A stretch of DNA of 64,000 nt from Bacteroidota bacterium. GTDB lineage: Bacteria; Bacteroidota; Bacteroidia; AKYH767-A; OLB10. The notes under the pieces were generated by a model, which saw only the letters and a program-made list of their open reading frames with translations, did no database searches and was not told where the DNA came from. The translations under genes and the position numbers were made by a program. Positions within the stretch are counted from its first letter, which is position 1; every line of letters begins with the position of its first letter. The DNA is taken from positions 7,759 to 71,758 of the forward strand of contig JAHEYP010000018.1 in the NCBI GenBank assembly GCA_023251535.1, written 5' to 3'. Positions 1-9,102 of this stretch are shown here, piece by piece.

Positions 1-48
1 TTTACTTACTTTAACCCCCTCAATCAACCGATAAACCGATCGCACTGT

Positions 49-966
49 ATGAAGAAACTTTTAGCTGTAATAGCAGCGGGTTGCCTCTCAACGTTAGCCT
101 TAGCACAACAAGATCCACAGTTCAGCCAGAACATGTACAACAGATTATATGTGAACCCTGCTTATGCGGGAAGTTCAGAAGCGATCTGTGCACATTTACT
201 GTATAGAAGCCAGTGGGTAAATTATGACGGAGCTCCTAAAACGGGAGTATTAGCGATAGACGCTCCGTTGGCAAATAATAAAGTAGGCGTAGGTCTATCT
301 GTAATGACAGATAAGATTGGCGCTGAAAAAACGCTTCAAGGCAAGCTTGCAGGAAACTACAAGTTTACATTAGGCCAAGGGAAGTTAGGAGCAGGGATCG
401 ACTTAGATTTCATGCAACATCAGATTGACGGAGCAGATTTCAAGGCACCGGATCCATCTGTAACTGACCCTTCAATTCCGAAAAACTCGGTAAGTGGAAC
501 AGCATTCGACTTAGGAGCTGGATTATACTACAACACTGACAAATTGTATGTAGGAGTATCAGCAACACATATGTTAGAGGCGAAAGTTGATTTAGACAAC
601 TTCTCTAAAGAATACAAGCGTCACATTTACGGAATGATCGGATACACATTCGAGCTTACTCCAACGGTAGCATTAAAGCCGATGGTATTTGTAAAGACGG
701 TGACGGGCAATACAACAATGGATTTCAATATTAATGCTCATTTCAACGAGCGCTTCTGGGTGGGGGTATCTTATCGTAACGAAGACGCAATCGTTGGATT
801 ATTGGGTATGAACATTACCGATAAACTTAAGGTTGGATATTCATACGACTTCACTACATCTGATGTAAAAGACTACAGTGACGGTACGCATGAGATCATG
901 TTAGGATATTGCTTTAATGTGAAAAAGCGTATTCCTGTTTCAATCAGAAATGTAAGATTCCTCTAA
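49..966 (+). CDS. porP: PorP/SprF family type IX secretion outer-membrane beta-barrel protein
   Basis: Signal peptide then QQDPQFSQNMYN..NPAYAG, YRSQW..GAP, C-terminal GYSYD..GTHEI motifs; directly upstream of gldKLMN as in porPKLMN operons. Confidence 0.9.
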   Translation: MKKLLAVIAAGCLSTLALAQQDPQFSQNMYNRLYVNPAYAGSSEAICAHLLYRSQWVNYDGAPKTGVLAIDAPLANNKVGVGLSVMTDKIGAEKTLQGKLAGNYKFTLGQGKLGAGIDLDFMQHQIDGADFKAPDPSVTDPSIPKNSVSGTAFDLGAGLYYNTDKLYVGVSATHMLEAKVDLDNFSKEYKRHIYGMIGYTFELTPTVALKPMVFVKTVTGNTTMDFNINAHFNERFWVGVSYRNEDAIVGLLGMNITDKLKVGYSYDFTTSDVKDYSDGTHEIMLGYCFNVKKRIPVSIRNVRFL

Positions 967-990
967 AATTGGAATAATTCCACCGGAAAA

Positions 991-1017
991 GCAACCTATA
1001 TTTGAAGGAAACGTATC
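991..1017 (+). promoter_or_regulatory. Putative gldK promoter: Bacteroidetes -7 element TATATTTG (997-1004) nested in an ECF-like AAC-N16-CGTATC motif
   Basis: Sequence gcaacctatatttgaaggaaacgtatc about 95 nt upstream of the likely gldK ATG; TAnnTTTG is the Bacteroidetes primary-sigma -7 consensus. Confidence 0.55.
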
Positions 1018-1111
1018 AAGGAACCGGGAAATGCTGTATAATAATACCGTAGATTCGACGTTCATTGGTTACGTTTTCGGCATTCCCGGAACCCTAAAGC
1101 GAACAAAGCAC

Positions 1112-2413
1112 ATGAAAAACCTGATTATTGCTTCACTTGCAGTCCTGCTACTCAGTAGCTGCGGAGGCGGTAACCGCGGACAACTTGTCGGTGTACAAGG
1201 AAGAGAAAAATGGTATCAAGCTGACCCTTACGGCATGGTATTCATTCCTCAAGGCTCATTTAACATGGGCGCCAGCGACCAAGATGTACCGTATTCTCAG
1301 ATTGCCCAGTCGAAGACCGTGACAGTACACGCGTTTTACATGGACAACACTGAGATTACCAACAATGAGTATCGCCAGTTTGTTTACTGGGTACGCGATT
1401 CGTTAGCGCATCGCTTGCTTGGTGGAGATCATTTACTTGAAGAAGGTGAATACGGAGAGCGTATTAACTGGAGAGAGCGAATCAAGTGGGACAACGAAGA
1501 AAACGTTGAAACGCTTGCTGAGTTATTCCTTCCAGAGAGTGAGCGCTACTATCGCCGTAAAGAAATAGATTCAAGAAAAATGAATTTTGAATACTATTGG
1601 ATCGATTTAAAAGAAGCAGCTCAAAAAGATTACAGTCGTGACCGTGATCCTGGATCTGCCTCATTATCAAATCGTCCGCAAGGCCGTACCGACCGTTCGG
1701 TATACATTAAAAAAGACATTATTAACGTGTATCCAGATACTTTATCATGGATTCACGATTATACGTTCTCATTTAACGATCCAATTACCAAAGCATATTT
1801 TTGGCATCCGGCATACGACGACTATCCTGTAGTTGGAGTAAACTGGAAGCAAGCTACGGCATTCTGCGTATGGAGAACACAATTATTAAACAGTTATCTT
1901 GAAGAAGACGGAGAGACTTATGTACAAGACTTCCGTTTACCGACTGAAAGTGAGTGGGAATATGCATCACGTGGAGGTTTAGCGAACAACCCATATCCTT
2001 GGGGAGGTCCTTACACACGTAATAGTAATGGATGTTTCTTAGCTAACTTCAAGCCATTAAGAGGTAACTATATCGACGACGGTGGATTCTACACTGTTAA
2101 GGTAACATCATACTTCCCTAACGACTACGGTTTATATTGTATGGCCGGAAACGTAGCGGAGTGGACAAGCAATGCTTACGACAACTCAGCGTATAATTTC
2201 ATTCACGATTTAAATCCTGATTATCAATATGATGCGAAGGATAATGATGCGCCTGAATTAAAGAAGAAAATTGTTCGTGGCGGATCATGGAAAGATGTCG
2301 GGTACTTCATTCAAACGGGTACACGTAATTTCGAATATCAAGATACGTCAAAATCGTACATCGGATTCCGTTGTGTGATGGACTTCTTAGGTCGTGATAA
2401 ATCAGACTTCTAA
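1112..2413 (+). CDS. gldK: Gliding motility/T9SS lipoprotein GldK (PorK), FGE-sulfatase-like fold
   Basis: Lipoprotein signal MKNLII..LLSSC from ATG 1112 (ORF track starts at 1031); motifs EITNNEYRQFVYWVRDS, YPVVGVNW, FRLPTESEWEYA, RGGSWKD, IGFRCV. Confidence 0.95.
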   Translation: MKNLIIASLAVLLLSSCGGGNRGQLVGVQGREKWYQADPYGMVFIPQGSFNMGASDQDVPYSQIAQSKTVTVHAFYMDNTEITNNEYRQFVYWVRDSLAHRLLGGDHLLEEGEYGERINWRERIKWDNEENVETLAELFLPESERYYRRKEIDSRKMNFEYYWIDLKEAAQKDYSRDRDPGSASLSNRPQGRTDRSVYIKKDIINVYPDTLSWIHDYTFSFNDPITKAYFWHPAYDDYPVVGVNWKQATAFCVWRTQLLNSYLEEDGETYVQDFRLPTESEWEYASRGGLANNPYPWGGPYTRNSNGCFLANFKPLRGNYIDDGGFYTVKVTSYFPNDYGLYCMAGNVAEWTSNAYDNSAYNFIHDLNPDYQYDAKDNDAPELKKKIVRGGSWKDVGYFIQTGTRNFEYQDTSKSYIGFRCVMDFLGRDKSDF

Positions 2414-2512
2414 TATACACGAGCGAGAGCTCACCCATTCAATCAGCGAAGACTAAACCAATTCGCCAAAACAACCATTCATTCTAATCAAAACCTAAAA
2501 AAACAGAAAATC

Positions 2513-3178
2513 ATGGGATTAGCACAAATGACCCAAGGAAAAGGCTTTAAGTCATTCATGGCCAAATTGTACGGCTTGGGTGCAGCAGTCGTAATTCTTG
2601 GAGCACTATTCAAAATTCAGCACTGGGAAGGTGCGGGAATCATGCTTACAGTTGGTCTATTAACTGAAGCGGTTATCTTCTTCTTTTCAGCGTTTGAACC
2701 ACCACACGAAGACGTTGATTGGTCTTTAGTTTATCCAGAATTAGCAGGAATGCACGATCCTGCAGCTGATCGCAAGAAAGTAAAATCAGGAGATCCTGTA
2801 TCACAACAGTTAGACAAAATGTTAACTGAAGCGAAAATCGGACCTGAATTGATCCAAAGCTTAGGTAACGGATTAAAGTCATTAAGCGAAAACACAGCTA
2901 AAATGGCTACGGTATCTAACGCTGCTGTTGCTACTGAAGAGTATGCTAAGAACGTTGCTGCAGCTTCTAAAGAAGTTACTGCATTAACTACATCTTACAA
3001 AACTGCTGCTACAGCTATGGCTCACATGAGCTCTAGTCACGAAGCATTAGTTGCTAACTTAAACAGCACTGTAGAAGACACTAAAAAATACAAAGAAGAA
3101 GTTGGCAAATTAGCTAAAAACTTAGCTTCATTGAATACCATTTATGGTAACATGTTAACTGCAATGGGGAATAAATAA
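2513..3178 (+). CDS. gldL: Gliding motor subunit GldL (PorL)
   Basis: N-terminal YGLGAAVVILGALFKIQHW..GLLTEAVIFFFSAFEP..DWSLVYPEL, coiled-coil tail ending LNTIYGNMLTAM. Confidence 0.95.
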   Translation: MGLAQMTQGKGFKSFMAKLYGLGAAVVILGALFKIQHWEGAGIMLTVGLLTEAVIFFFSAFEPPHEDVDWSLVYPELAGMHDPAADRKKVKSGDPVSQQLDKMLTEAKIGPELIQSLGNGLKSLSENTAKMATVSNAAVATEEYAKNVAAASKEVTALTTSYKTAATAMAHMSSSHEALVANLNSTVEDTKKYKEEVGKLAKNLASLNTIYGNMLTAMGNK

Positions 3179-3238
3179 TTCCTATTTCACTCACTCCACA
3201 ATTAATTAATTTCTAACCCTTAATCTGGATTAAGCGAA

Positions 3239-4840
3239 ATGGCAGGAAATAACCTATCCCCGAGGCAGAAGATGATCGGGATGATGTACCTCGTGTTAAC
3301 AGCCTTGTTAGCCTTGAATACATCGAAAGAGATCATCAATGCGTTTGTTACAATCAATGAGAGTCTGGAGTCTTCGGTAGGTAATATGGTGTCTAAAAAT
3401 GGATTAGCATATACCACCTTCGAGAAACAGATGGTGAATGATAAAACGAAAACTGAGCCTTATTATAAAAGAGCTCAGCAAATTAAAAAGTTGTCATCAG
3501 ACCTTGACAAGTATATCAATGTTTTGAAAGAAGAATTAATTCGCGAAACAGATAAAATTGAAAAAGGAGCTAAAACTCGTTCTTTACGTGAAGTAGAAGC
3601 GAAAGATAACTATGACGTACCTACACACATGTTATGTGGTGATAAGCAAGACGGTCATGGTCATAAAGCGAGTGCATTAAAAGCAGCGATTGATAAATTC
3701 AAGAAAGATGTAATTGCAGTACTTGAGCCAAAAGATCAAGCTGAATTTACAACTCGATTAAATCAATTATTCAACACAAAAGATCCTGATCCTAAAAATG
3801 CAAATGATAAATTGCTGATTGAAGAAGGAAAGCGTACATGGGAGATGGCAAATTTCTACCACAATCCAGTAGTAGCTTCTGTAGCTCAATTAACAAAGTT
3901 TCAATTGGACATTAAGAATGCGGAATCAGAAATCGTTAATCACTTATTATCTTCAATCGACGCAACGAACTTAAAGTTCTCTGACGTTATGCCGAAGGTA
4001 GTTGCTCCAACGAGCTATGTGATTATCGGACAACAATACGAAGCGGATGTATTCTTAGCAGCATACAGCAAAACTTCAGCTCCTGAAATCGTAGTAGGAG
4101 GTTCAACACTTCCTGTAGAAGATGGAATGGGTAAGTACCGTGTTTCTCCTCGTACACCGGGTGAGCAAAAATGGGGTGGTATGATCCGCGTGAAACAACC
4201 GGACAATACTTACAAAGAGTATCCGTTTGAATCATCGTTCATTGCTTCTGCACCAAGTGCATCAGTATCTGCCGATAAAATGAATGTAATCTATATCGGA
4301 GTTGATAACCCGATTTCAATCTCTGTTCCAGGAGTACCGGCTGAGAAGGTATCATTCAACGCAAAAGGAGTAGTACTTACTCCAGATGCTAAAGGCGGAA
4401 AAGGTCACTTCTTAGCGAAAGCTACTGCACCTGGCGAAGCGTCGATCGACGTAGTTGCTGCTCAAGGCGATAAGAAAATTCCAATGGGAAGCTTTAAATT
4501 CCGTTTAAAGAGAATCCCTGATCCGGTTGCTAAAATCGGTGGTAAGAAAGAAGGTTCTATTCCTAAAGCTCAGTTAGCTGCTCAATCGGCAATCATTCCA
4601 GTAATGGAAGGATTCGACTTCGACTTATTCTCAAAAGTGAAATCTTTCAAGATGTCACGTTACGGAAAAGGTCGTGATCCAATCGAGAAAACTAGCGACA
4701 GCAACACTTTGACTGGTGATATGAAAACAATCATCGAGCAAAGCCGTCCTGGAGATAAGATCTTATTCGAATACATTAAGGCAACGATGCCTGACGGAAC
4801 TACCCGCGATATCAACTCGATCTCTCTTACAGTTCAATAA
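3239..4840 (+). CDS. gldM: Gliding motor subunit GldM (PorM)
   Basis: Signature SPRQKMIGMMYLVLTALLALN; later ADKMNVIYIGVDNPISISVPG. Confidence 0.95.
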   Translation: MAGNNLSPRQKMIGMMYLVLTALLALNTSKEIINAFVTINESLESSVGNMVSKNGLAYTTFEKQMVNDKTKTEPYYKRAQQIKKLSSDLDKYINVLKEELIRETDKIEKGAKTRSLREVEAKDNYDVPTHMLCGDKQDGHGHKASALKAAIDKFKKDVIAVLEPKDQAEFTTRLNQLFNTKDPDPKNANDKLLIEEGKRTWEMANFYHNPVVASVAQLTKFQLDIKNAESEIVNHLLSSIDATNLKFSDVMPKVVAPTSYVIIGQQYEADVFLAAYSKTSAPEIVVGGSTLPVEDGMGKYRVSPRTPGEQKWGGMIRVKQPDNTYKEYPFESSFIASAPSASVSADKMNVIYIGVDNPISISVPGVPAEKVSFNAKGVVLTPDAKGGKGHFLAKATAPGEASIDVVAAQGDKKIPMGSFKFRLKRIPDPVAKIGGKKEGSIPKAQLAAQSAIIPVMEGFDFDLFSKVKSFKMSRYGKGRDPIEKTSDSNTLTGDMKTIIEQSRPGDKILFEYIKATMPDGTTRDINSISLTVQ

Positions 4841-4914
4841 GATTGATCCGGATGTAACCGGATAGTAACAAATACAGTACAAACAAATTGATGCACATAA
4901 CAAGCATAAATCCC

Positions 4915-5763
4915 ATGAAAAAGTTCATCCTGATCCTGTCAGTGTTAATCGGCTTCGGTTCGCTGGCTAGTGCTCAAAACGTACTTGATGGGGTGTACGT
5001 GAGGGAAAGTAATCCTGCACGCAGGGTTATCCCATACACCTATTTACGCGAGGCAGACGTTATGTGGGCTAAACGTATCTGGCGCCATATTGATCTGAAT
5101 GAAAAGATCAATGCTCCTTTACGTTACCCTAAAAGTAACGAAACCAAGGATCGTAAAAACTTAATCAATACGCTGATGGATGCGGTTAAAGAAGGTACTT
5201 TGACTGCGTATGATCCGCAAGATGATGAGTTCACGCTTCCAATGACTACTGCCGAGTTCTCTAAGGTAGGTGGTGCGGATTCAATTACTATTAAAGTAAC
5301 TCGTCCTGATCCTCCTTATGATGAGTATGATTCTGTTGTATTCCGTGCATTCAATCCGGATGACGTAATCCAGTATCGTATTAAAGAAGAGTGGTTCTTC
5401 GACAAGCAACGTTCGGTAATGGAATCAAGAATTATCGGAATGGCTCCGATGACGCTTGCCCGTGACCAAGAAGGTAACTTGATTGAAGGCGGCCAGAAGA
5501 AATTATTATTCTGGGTGTATTTCCCTGAAGCTCGCCGAGTATTGGTGAATGCTGAAGTGGCGAACCGCTTTAACTCAGCTCAGCGTTTAACGTTTGACGA
5601 TATCTTTGCTAAGCGTATGTTTAACAGCTATATCATTAAAGAAGATAACGTATATAATCGTCGTATCGATGACTATAAGGCGAATCCGTTGGATGCTTTG
5701 TTAGAGTCTGAAAGAATCAAACAGGAAATGATCAACTTCGAAATTGATCTTTGGGAGTACTAA
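4915..5763 (+). CDS. gldN: Gliding motility protein GldN (PorN)
   Basis: Signal peptide MKKFIL from ATG 4915; LREADVMWAKRIWR, EEWFFDKQRS, LFWVYFPEAR, C-terminal FEIDLWEY. Confidence 0.93.
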   Translation: MKKFILILSVLIGFGSLASAQNVLDGVYVRESNPARRVIPYTYLREADVMWAKRIWRHIDLNEKINAPLRYPKSNETKDRKNLINTLMDAVKEGTLTAYDPQDDEFTLPMTTAEFSKVGGADSITIKVTRPDPPYDEYDSVVFRAFNPDDVIQYRIKEEWFFDKQRSVMESRIIGMAPMTLARDQEGNLIEGGQKKLLFWVYFPEARRVLVNAEVANRFNSAQRLTFDDIFAKRMFNSYIIKEDNVYNRRIDDYKANPLDALLESERIKQEMINFEIDLWEY

Positions 5764-5783
5764 AATGCTCCTCTTGAAAATAA

Positions 5784-5816
5784 AAAACCCCGATGCAAAT
5801 CGGGGTTTTCTTTTTT
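5784..5816. terminator. Bidirectional intrinsic terminator between gldN and the convergent cytochrome gene
   Basis: aaaaccccgat-GCAA-atcggggtttt stem with GNRA loop; A-tract before, T-tract after. Confidence 0.85.
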
Positions 5817-5835
5817 AAGGACTTTTCGAATTTTC

Positions 5836-6288
5836 TTATTGAGTGACGAACATTTTGTTGATTAGTTTGATTGGCCCCGGACAGAAATTCGAGTGACAAT
5901 CTTTACAAGATGTAACCAAGTTGTTATGAGCTGTGATTTTTAGGCTATCAGGAGCATTCTGAAGCTCTGTAAGCTTTCCCAAGTATACATCAGCTAAACT
6001 GTTAAACAACGCTGTATCGAGGTTCTTATCGGTCTTTTCGGCAGTCTTTAGCTTGCCTATTCCTTCTGGAGCTAATATTATGGCTTTGCCCGCTAATAAA
6101 CTATCGTGATTGGCTGTGACTTGTTTCGCCATTTCACGCATTAAAAGCGCTAGCTCACTGGTTCCATTGGGATTGATAGTATCACCATTTTTACATGAAG
6201 CTTTTTCTTTTACCGGTCCAGTGCAAGAAGCTCCTAACATCACAAAATAGATGGCGGCAGCGAATACTGATATTTTTCGGATACGCAT
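5836..6288 (-). CDS. Monoheme class II (cytochrome c'/c556-like) cytochrome c lipoprotein
   Basis: Lipobox-like LGASC; helical body; single CxxCH (CKDCH) near the C-terminus; -7 element TATATTTG on the minus strand at 6313-6320. Confidence 0.7.
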   Translation of the reverse strand: MRIRKISVFAAAIYFVMLGASCTGPVKEKASCKNGDTINPNGTSELALLMREMAKQVTANHDSLLAGKAIILAPEGIGKLKTAEKTDKNLDTALFNSLADVYLGKLTELQNAPDSLKITAHNNLVTSCKDCHSNFCPGPIKLINKMFVTQ

Positions 6289-6333
6289 AAACGTTAGTAT
6301 TTAAAATTGATGCAAATATACGGCTATTCTTTG

Positions 6334-7182
6334 TTAGAATCGAGTGTTAATGCTCACGCCCGCATCTCCTTTTTCGGAGTAATACGGAGTAACATGCCAA
6401 AGATGTTGGTGATTCTTAACAACCATCCTTCCAATTGCATATCCCAGCATAGAGCCCACCAATACATCTGAAGGCCAATGCTTCGCTAATGCGATTCGCG
6501 ATACTCCCACGGCAGTTGCTAAAGTGTAGCATGTATAAGGGACCCATTTTACATCTTTGTACTCTGTAGCTATTACTGTAGCCATCGCCCAGGCGGAAAT
6601 GGTATGTCCCGAGGGAAATGAATGATGACTAGATCCTGCATTCGGATCACTAAGGAAGTCGAAATTGCCGTTGCCTTCTTCTACCAAAGGACGTTCGCGT
6701 CCCGATAAAGTTTTACCCACAAAAACTACAATGCCAGAGTGGAGTAGAGCCTCTGCAGAAAGAATACCGGTTTCGGTAGCACGATGATCTTTGAATATTA
6801 ATCCACCAGCAACAAATACCGCAGCCAATCCCAAGTTATTACAACCTTGTCCGAATTGCGTTATGGTTTTATTGTACGTGTTTAAATCGCGGTTTTCATC
6901 GTTGTAATTTCTAAACCCTTTACTGATAGGTTTGTCGAAATACATCACCAATCCTGTCGCCGCTAAGGCCGGGATTAAATAATTGAAGTCACGTTTTTTT
7001 AACGTGAAAGGCTTGCTCCATATTCGAGCTTCATCTTTTAAAGTGCTATTCGCAATCGATCGCAAGCAAAATTCCCTAGGATTACGGGTTTCTGCCAGAG
7101 TATCGGTGCTTTGAGCGAAGGAAGAAGAATTAAAAAGAAATAGGAGAGTAATTAAGCCATAGAATGACTTTTTGAATTGCAT
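6334..7182 (-). CDS. PAP2 family phosphatase with signal peptide
   Basis: PAP2 motifs K-x6-RP (KTLSGRERP), SFPSGH, SR-x5-HW-x2-D; start set at MQFKK (7182) because a signal peptide follows. Confidence 0.85.
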   Translation of the reverse strand: MQFKKSFYGLITLLFLFNSSSFAQSTDTLAETRNPREFCLRSIANSTLKDEARIWSKPFTLKKRDFNYLIPALAATGLVMYFDKPISKGFRNYNDENRDLNTYNKTITQFGQGCNNLGLAAVFVAGGLIFKDHRATETGILSAEALLHSGIVVFVGKTLSGRERPLVEEGNGNFDFLSDPNAGSSHHSFPSGHTISAWAMATVIATEYKDVKWVPYTCYTLATAVGVSRIALAKHWPSDVLVGSMLGYAIGRMVVKNHQHLWHVTPYYSEKGDAGVSINTRF

Positions 7183-7777
7183 TAAGTGTTGTGTAGGTGT
7201 ACTCTTTGTGTAGGTGTTGCCGATGGACTCTATCGACATCATAAAACTATGAAAAAAAATTAAATCTAATATGAATAGTTGGTTAAGTGAAATTAACAAA
7301 GTATTCAACTAGAATGTTTGGATTTTGAAGTTTGTAATTGGTGTGTGGCGGTTATAAAACGGCGGTAATATGCCTTGTCGAAAGGAAATGGGCCGCTGAT
7401 AATTATGGTTTTTATGATTTTCGCGGAATTATCGTCTCCGACGATTTTTCCTAACGGCAGGGCTAAATGATGACATTTATCGTCATTGCTAAGTGATGAC
7501 ATTTCGACGAAGGAGAAAACGTCAGCAAACACAGATCCGCTCCGACCGTGCAAGCACTTCGGATTTAAAAGGATTTGTTCGTAGTCACCCATAGATTTAT
7601 TCAATTAAACGAAATCCATTTGTAACCTACCATAGGAGCAGCCGAAGGGCGCAAGGAAAGCGCGTGGAGTGCAAAATGGCAAGAGCAGGGTGATTGCTTT
7701 GCAATTTGGTTTCTTCAATCGCACCAAAATAAAAAAAATCTATCACCTATAGTCTCTATTCTATCGCCTATAAACAA

Positions 7778-8797
7778 TCAACAAATCCTCGGTAATTGTT
7801 CTCCAATTAACGGACTCACCACTCGTTTACCTCCGTAAGAACTTTCGAGAATAACTTTCCCGTTGACAGATGAAGAAACATTTCCGATGATTGATGGTGA
7901 TTCGCCCAAGTCGCCAAGCAATTGAACAATGTCTTTTGCAATTTCATTCGGAGCTATGCAAACGAATACGCCTTCATTAGCAACATAAAGAGGATCTAGT
8001 CCTAATAATTCACAAGCGCTTTTTACCTGGGTGTCGACAGGAATTTGATCGTCGAACAAATGAACTCCCATTTTACATTCAGCCGTAATTTCATGTAAGA
8101 CTGATGCTAATCCGCCTCGTGTAGCATCTCTCAAAAAATGAATTTGATTTCCGAATTTATCGATGAGAGATTCCACCAATTTATTTAAGTTGGCAGTATC
8201 GCTTAATATTTCACTCTCGAATTTTAGTCCTTCGCGTTCCGACATAATCGCCATGCCATGAGAAGCGATTGCATGATTAATAATTAACGCATCACCATCC
8301 TGAATACTATCGATGTGAATATTTGCTTTCTCGTGAATAACCCCGATGCCCGAAGTGTTGATGTAAATTTTATCGCCTTTTCCTTTCTGCACTACTTTAG
8401 TGTCGCCAGTGACAATATATACTCCTGCCTTATCCGCGGCAGCTCTAATCGACTTAACAATTTCAACAAAGTCATCGTGATCGAATCCTTCTTCGATAAT
8501 AAAAGCGAGCGATAAATATTTAGGAATAGCGCCGCACATCGACAAATCGTTAACAGTTCCATTCACTGCTAATTCTCCAATGTTTCCTCCTTTAAAAAAA
8601 ATTGGAGTAATTACATAACTATCAGTAGAGAAAGCCAACTTACCTTGAATATCGAGAAAGGCTCCATCGTGCTTTTGATTCAAGATTGGGTTAGCAAGGT
8701 ATTTGAAGATAACATCATTCAAAAGCTTAGTCGTATGTTCGCCACCGCTTCCATGATGTAAATTAATTTTATCCTTCTTAATTTCCTTTTCAGGCAT
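7778..8797 (-). CDS. hypE: Hydrogenase maturation carbamoyl dehydratase HypE
   Basis: HGSGG, FSTDSYV, GDTKVV, RDATRGG and invariant C-terminal PRIC. Confidence 0.97.
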   Translation of the reverse strand: MPEKEIKKDKINLHHGSGGEHTTKLLNDVIFKYLANPILNQKHDGAFLDIQGKLAFSTDSYVITPIFFKGGNIGELAVNGTVNDLSMCGAIPKYLSLAFIIEEGFDHDDFVEIVKSIRAAADKAGVYIVTGDTKVVQKGKGDKIYINTSGIGVIHEKANIHIDSIQDGDALIINHAIASHGMAIMSEREGLKFESEILSDTANLNKLVESLIDKFGNQIHFLRDATRGGLASVLHEITAECKMGVHLFDDQIPVDTQVKSACELLGLDPLYVANEGVFVCIAPNEIAKDIVQLLGDLGESPSIIGNVSSSVNGKVILESSYGGKRVVSPLIGEQLPRIC

Positions 8798-8861
8798 TTG
8801 ATCTGATGTTTATAAATGATGTAGCATTAAGCAAAACTGCAATGATGAGGTTAAACAAAGA

Positions 8862-9098
8862 TTAAATTTCTTCGCCCAGATCTTTAAGAACAGCCATTGT
8901 TTTTATTGCCTCTTCTTCATTGATGATTGCAATAGCAGCACCAACATGTACCAATAAGTAATCGCCAATTTTAGCTTCGTTCACCAATGCTAAATTCACT
9001 TCTTTGATAACTCCTTCAAAAGAGACTCTTCCTATTCTGAAAGTATCGTCGAGTTCGACAGAAATACTTTCTAATTTTCCGGGTATAGCTAAACACAT
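8862..9098 (-). CDS. hypC: Hydrogenase chaperone HypC
   Basis: MCLAIPG N-terminus; GDYLLVHVGAAI. Confidence 0.96.
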   Translation of the reverse strand: MCLAIPGKLESISVELDDTFRIGRVSFEGVIKEVNLALVNEAKIGDYLLVHVGAAIAIINEEEAIKTMAVLKDLGEEI

Positions 9099-9102
9099 AA
9101 AT

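Noticed and set aside
1031..1111. N-terminal extension of GldK in the ORF track (likewise the extensions given for GldN, PAP2, CrtI, NuoB and the sulfatase)
   Set aside because: Downstream ATGs give proper signal peptides or family-typical starts
7305..7604. 99-aa minus-strand ORF
   Set aside because: No recognisable motif, and it crosses a hairpin/repeat-rich interval; more likely a chance ORF
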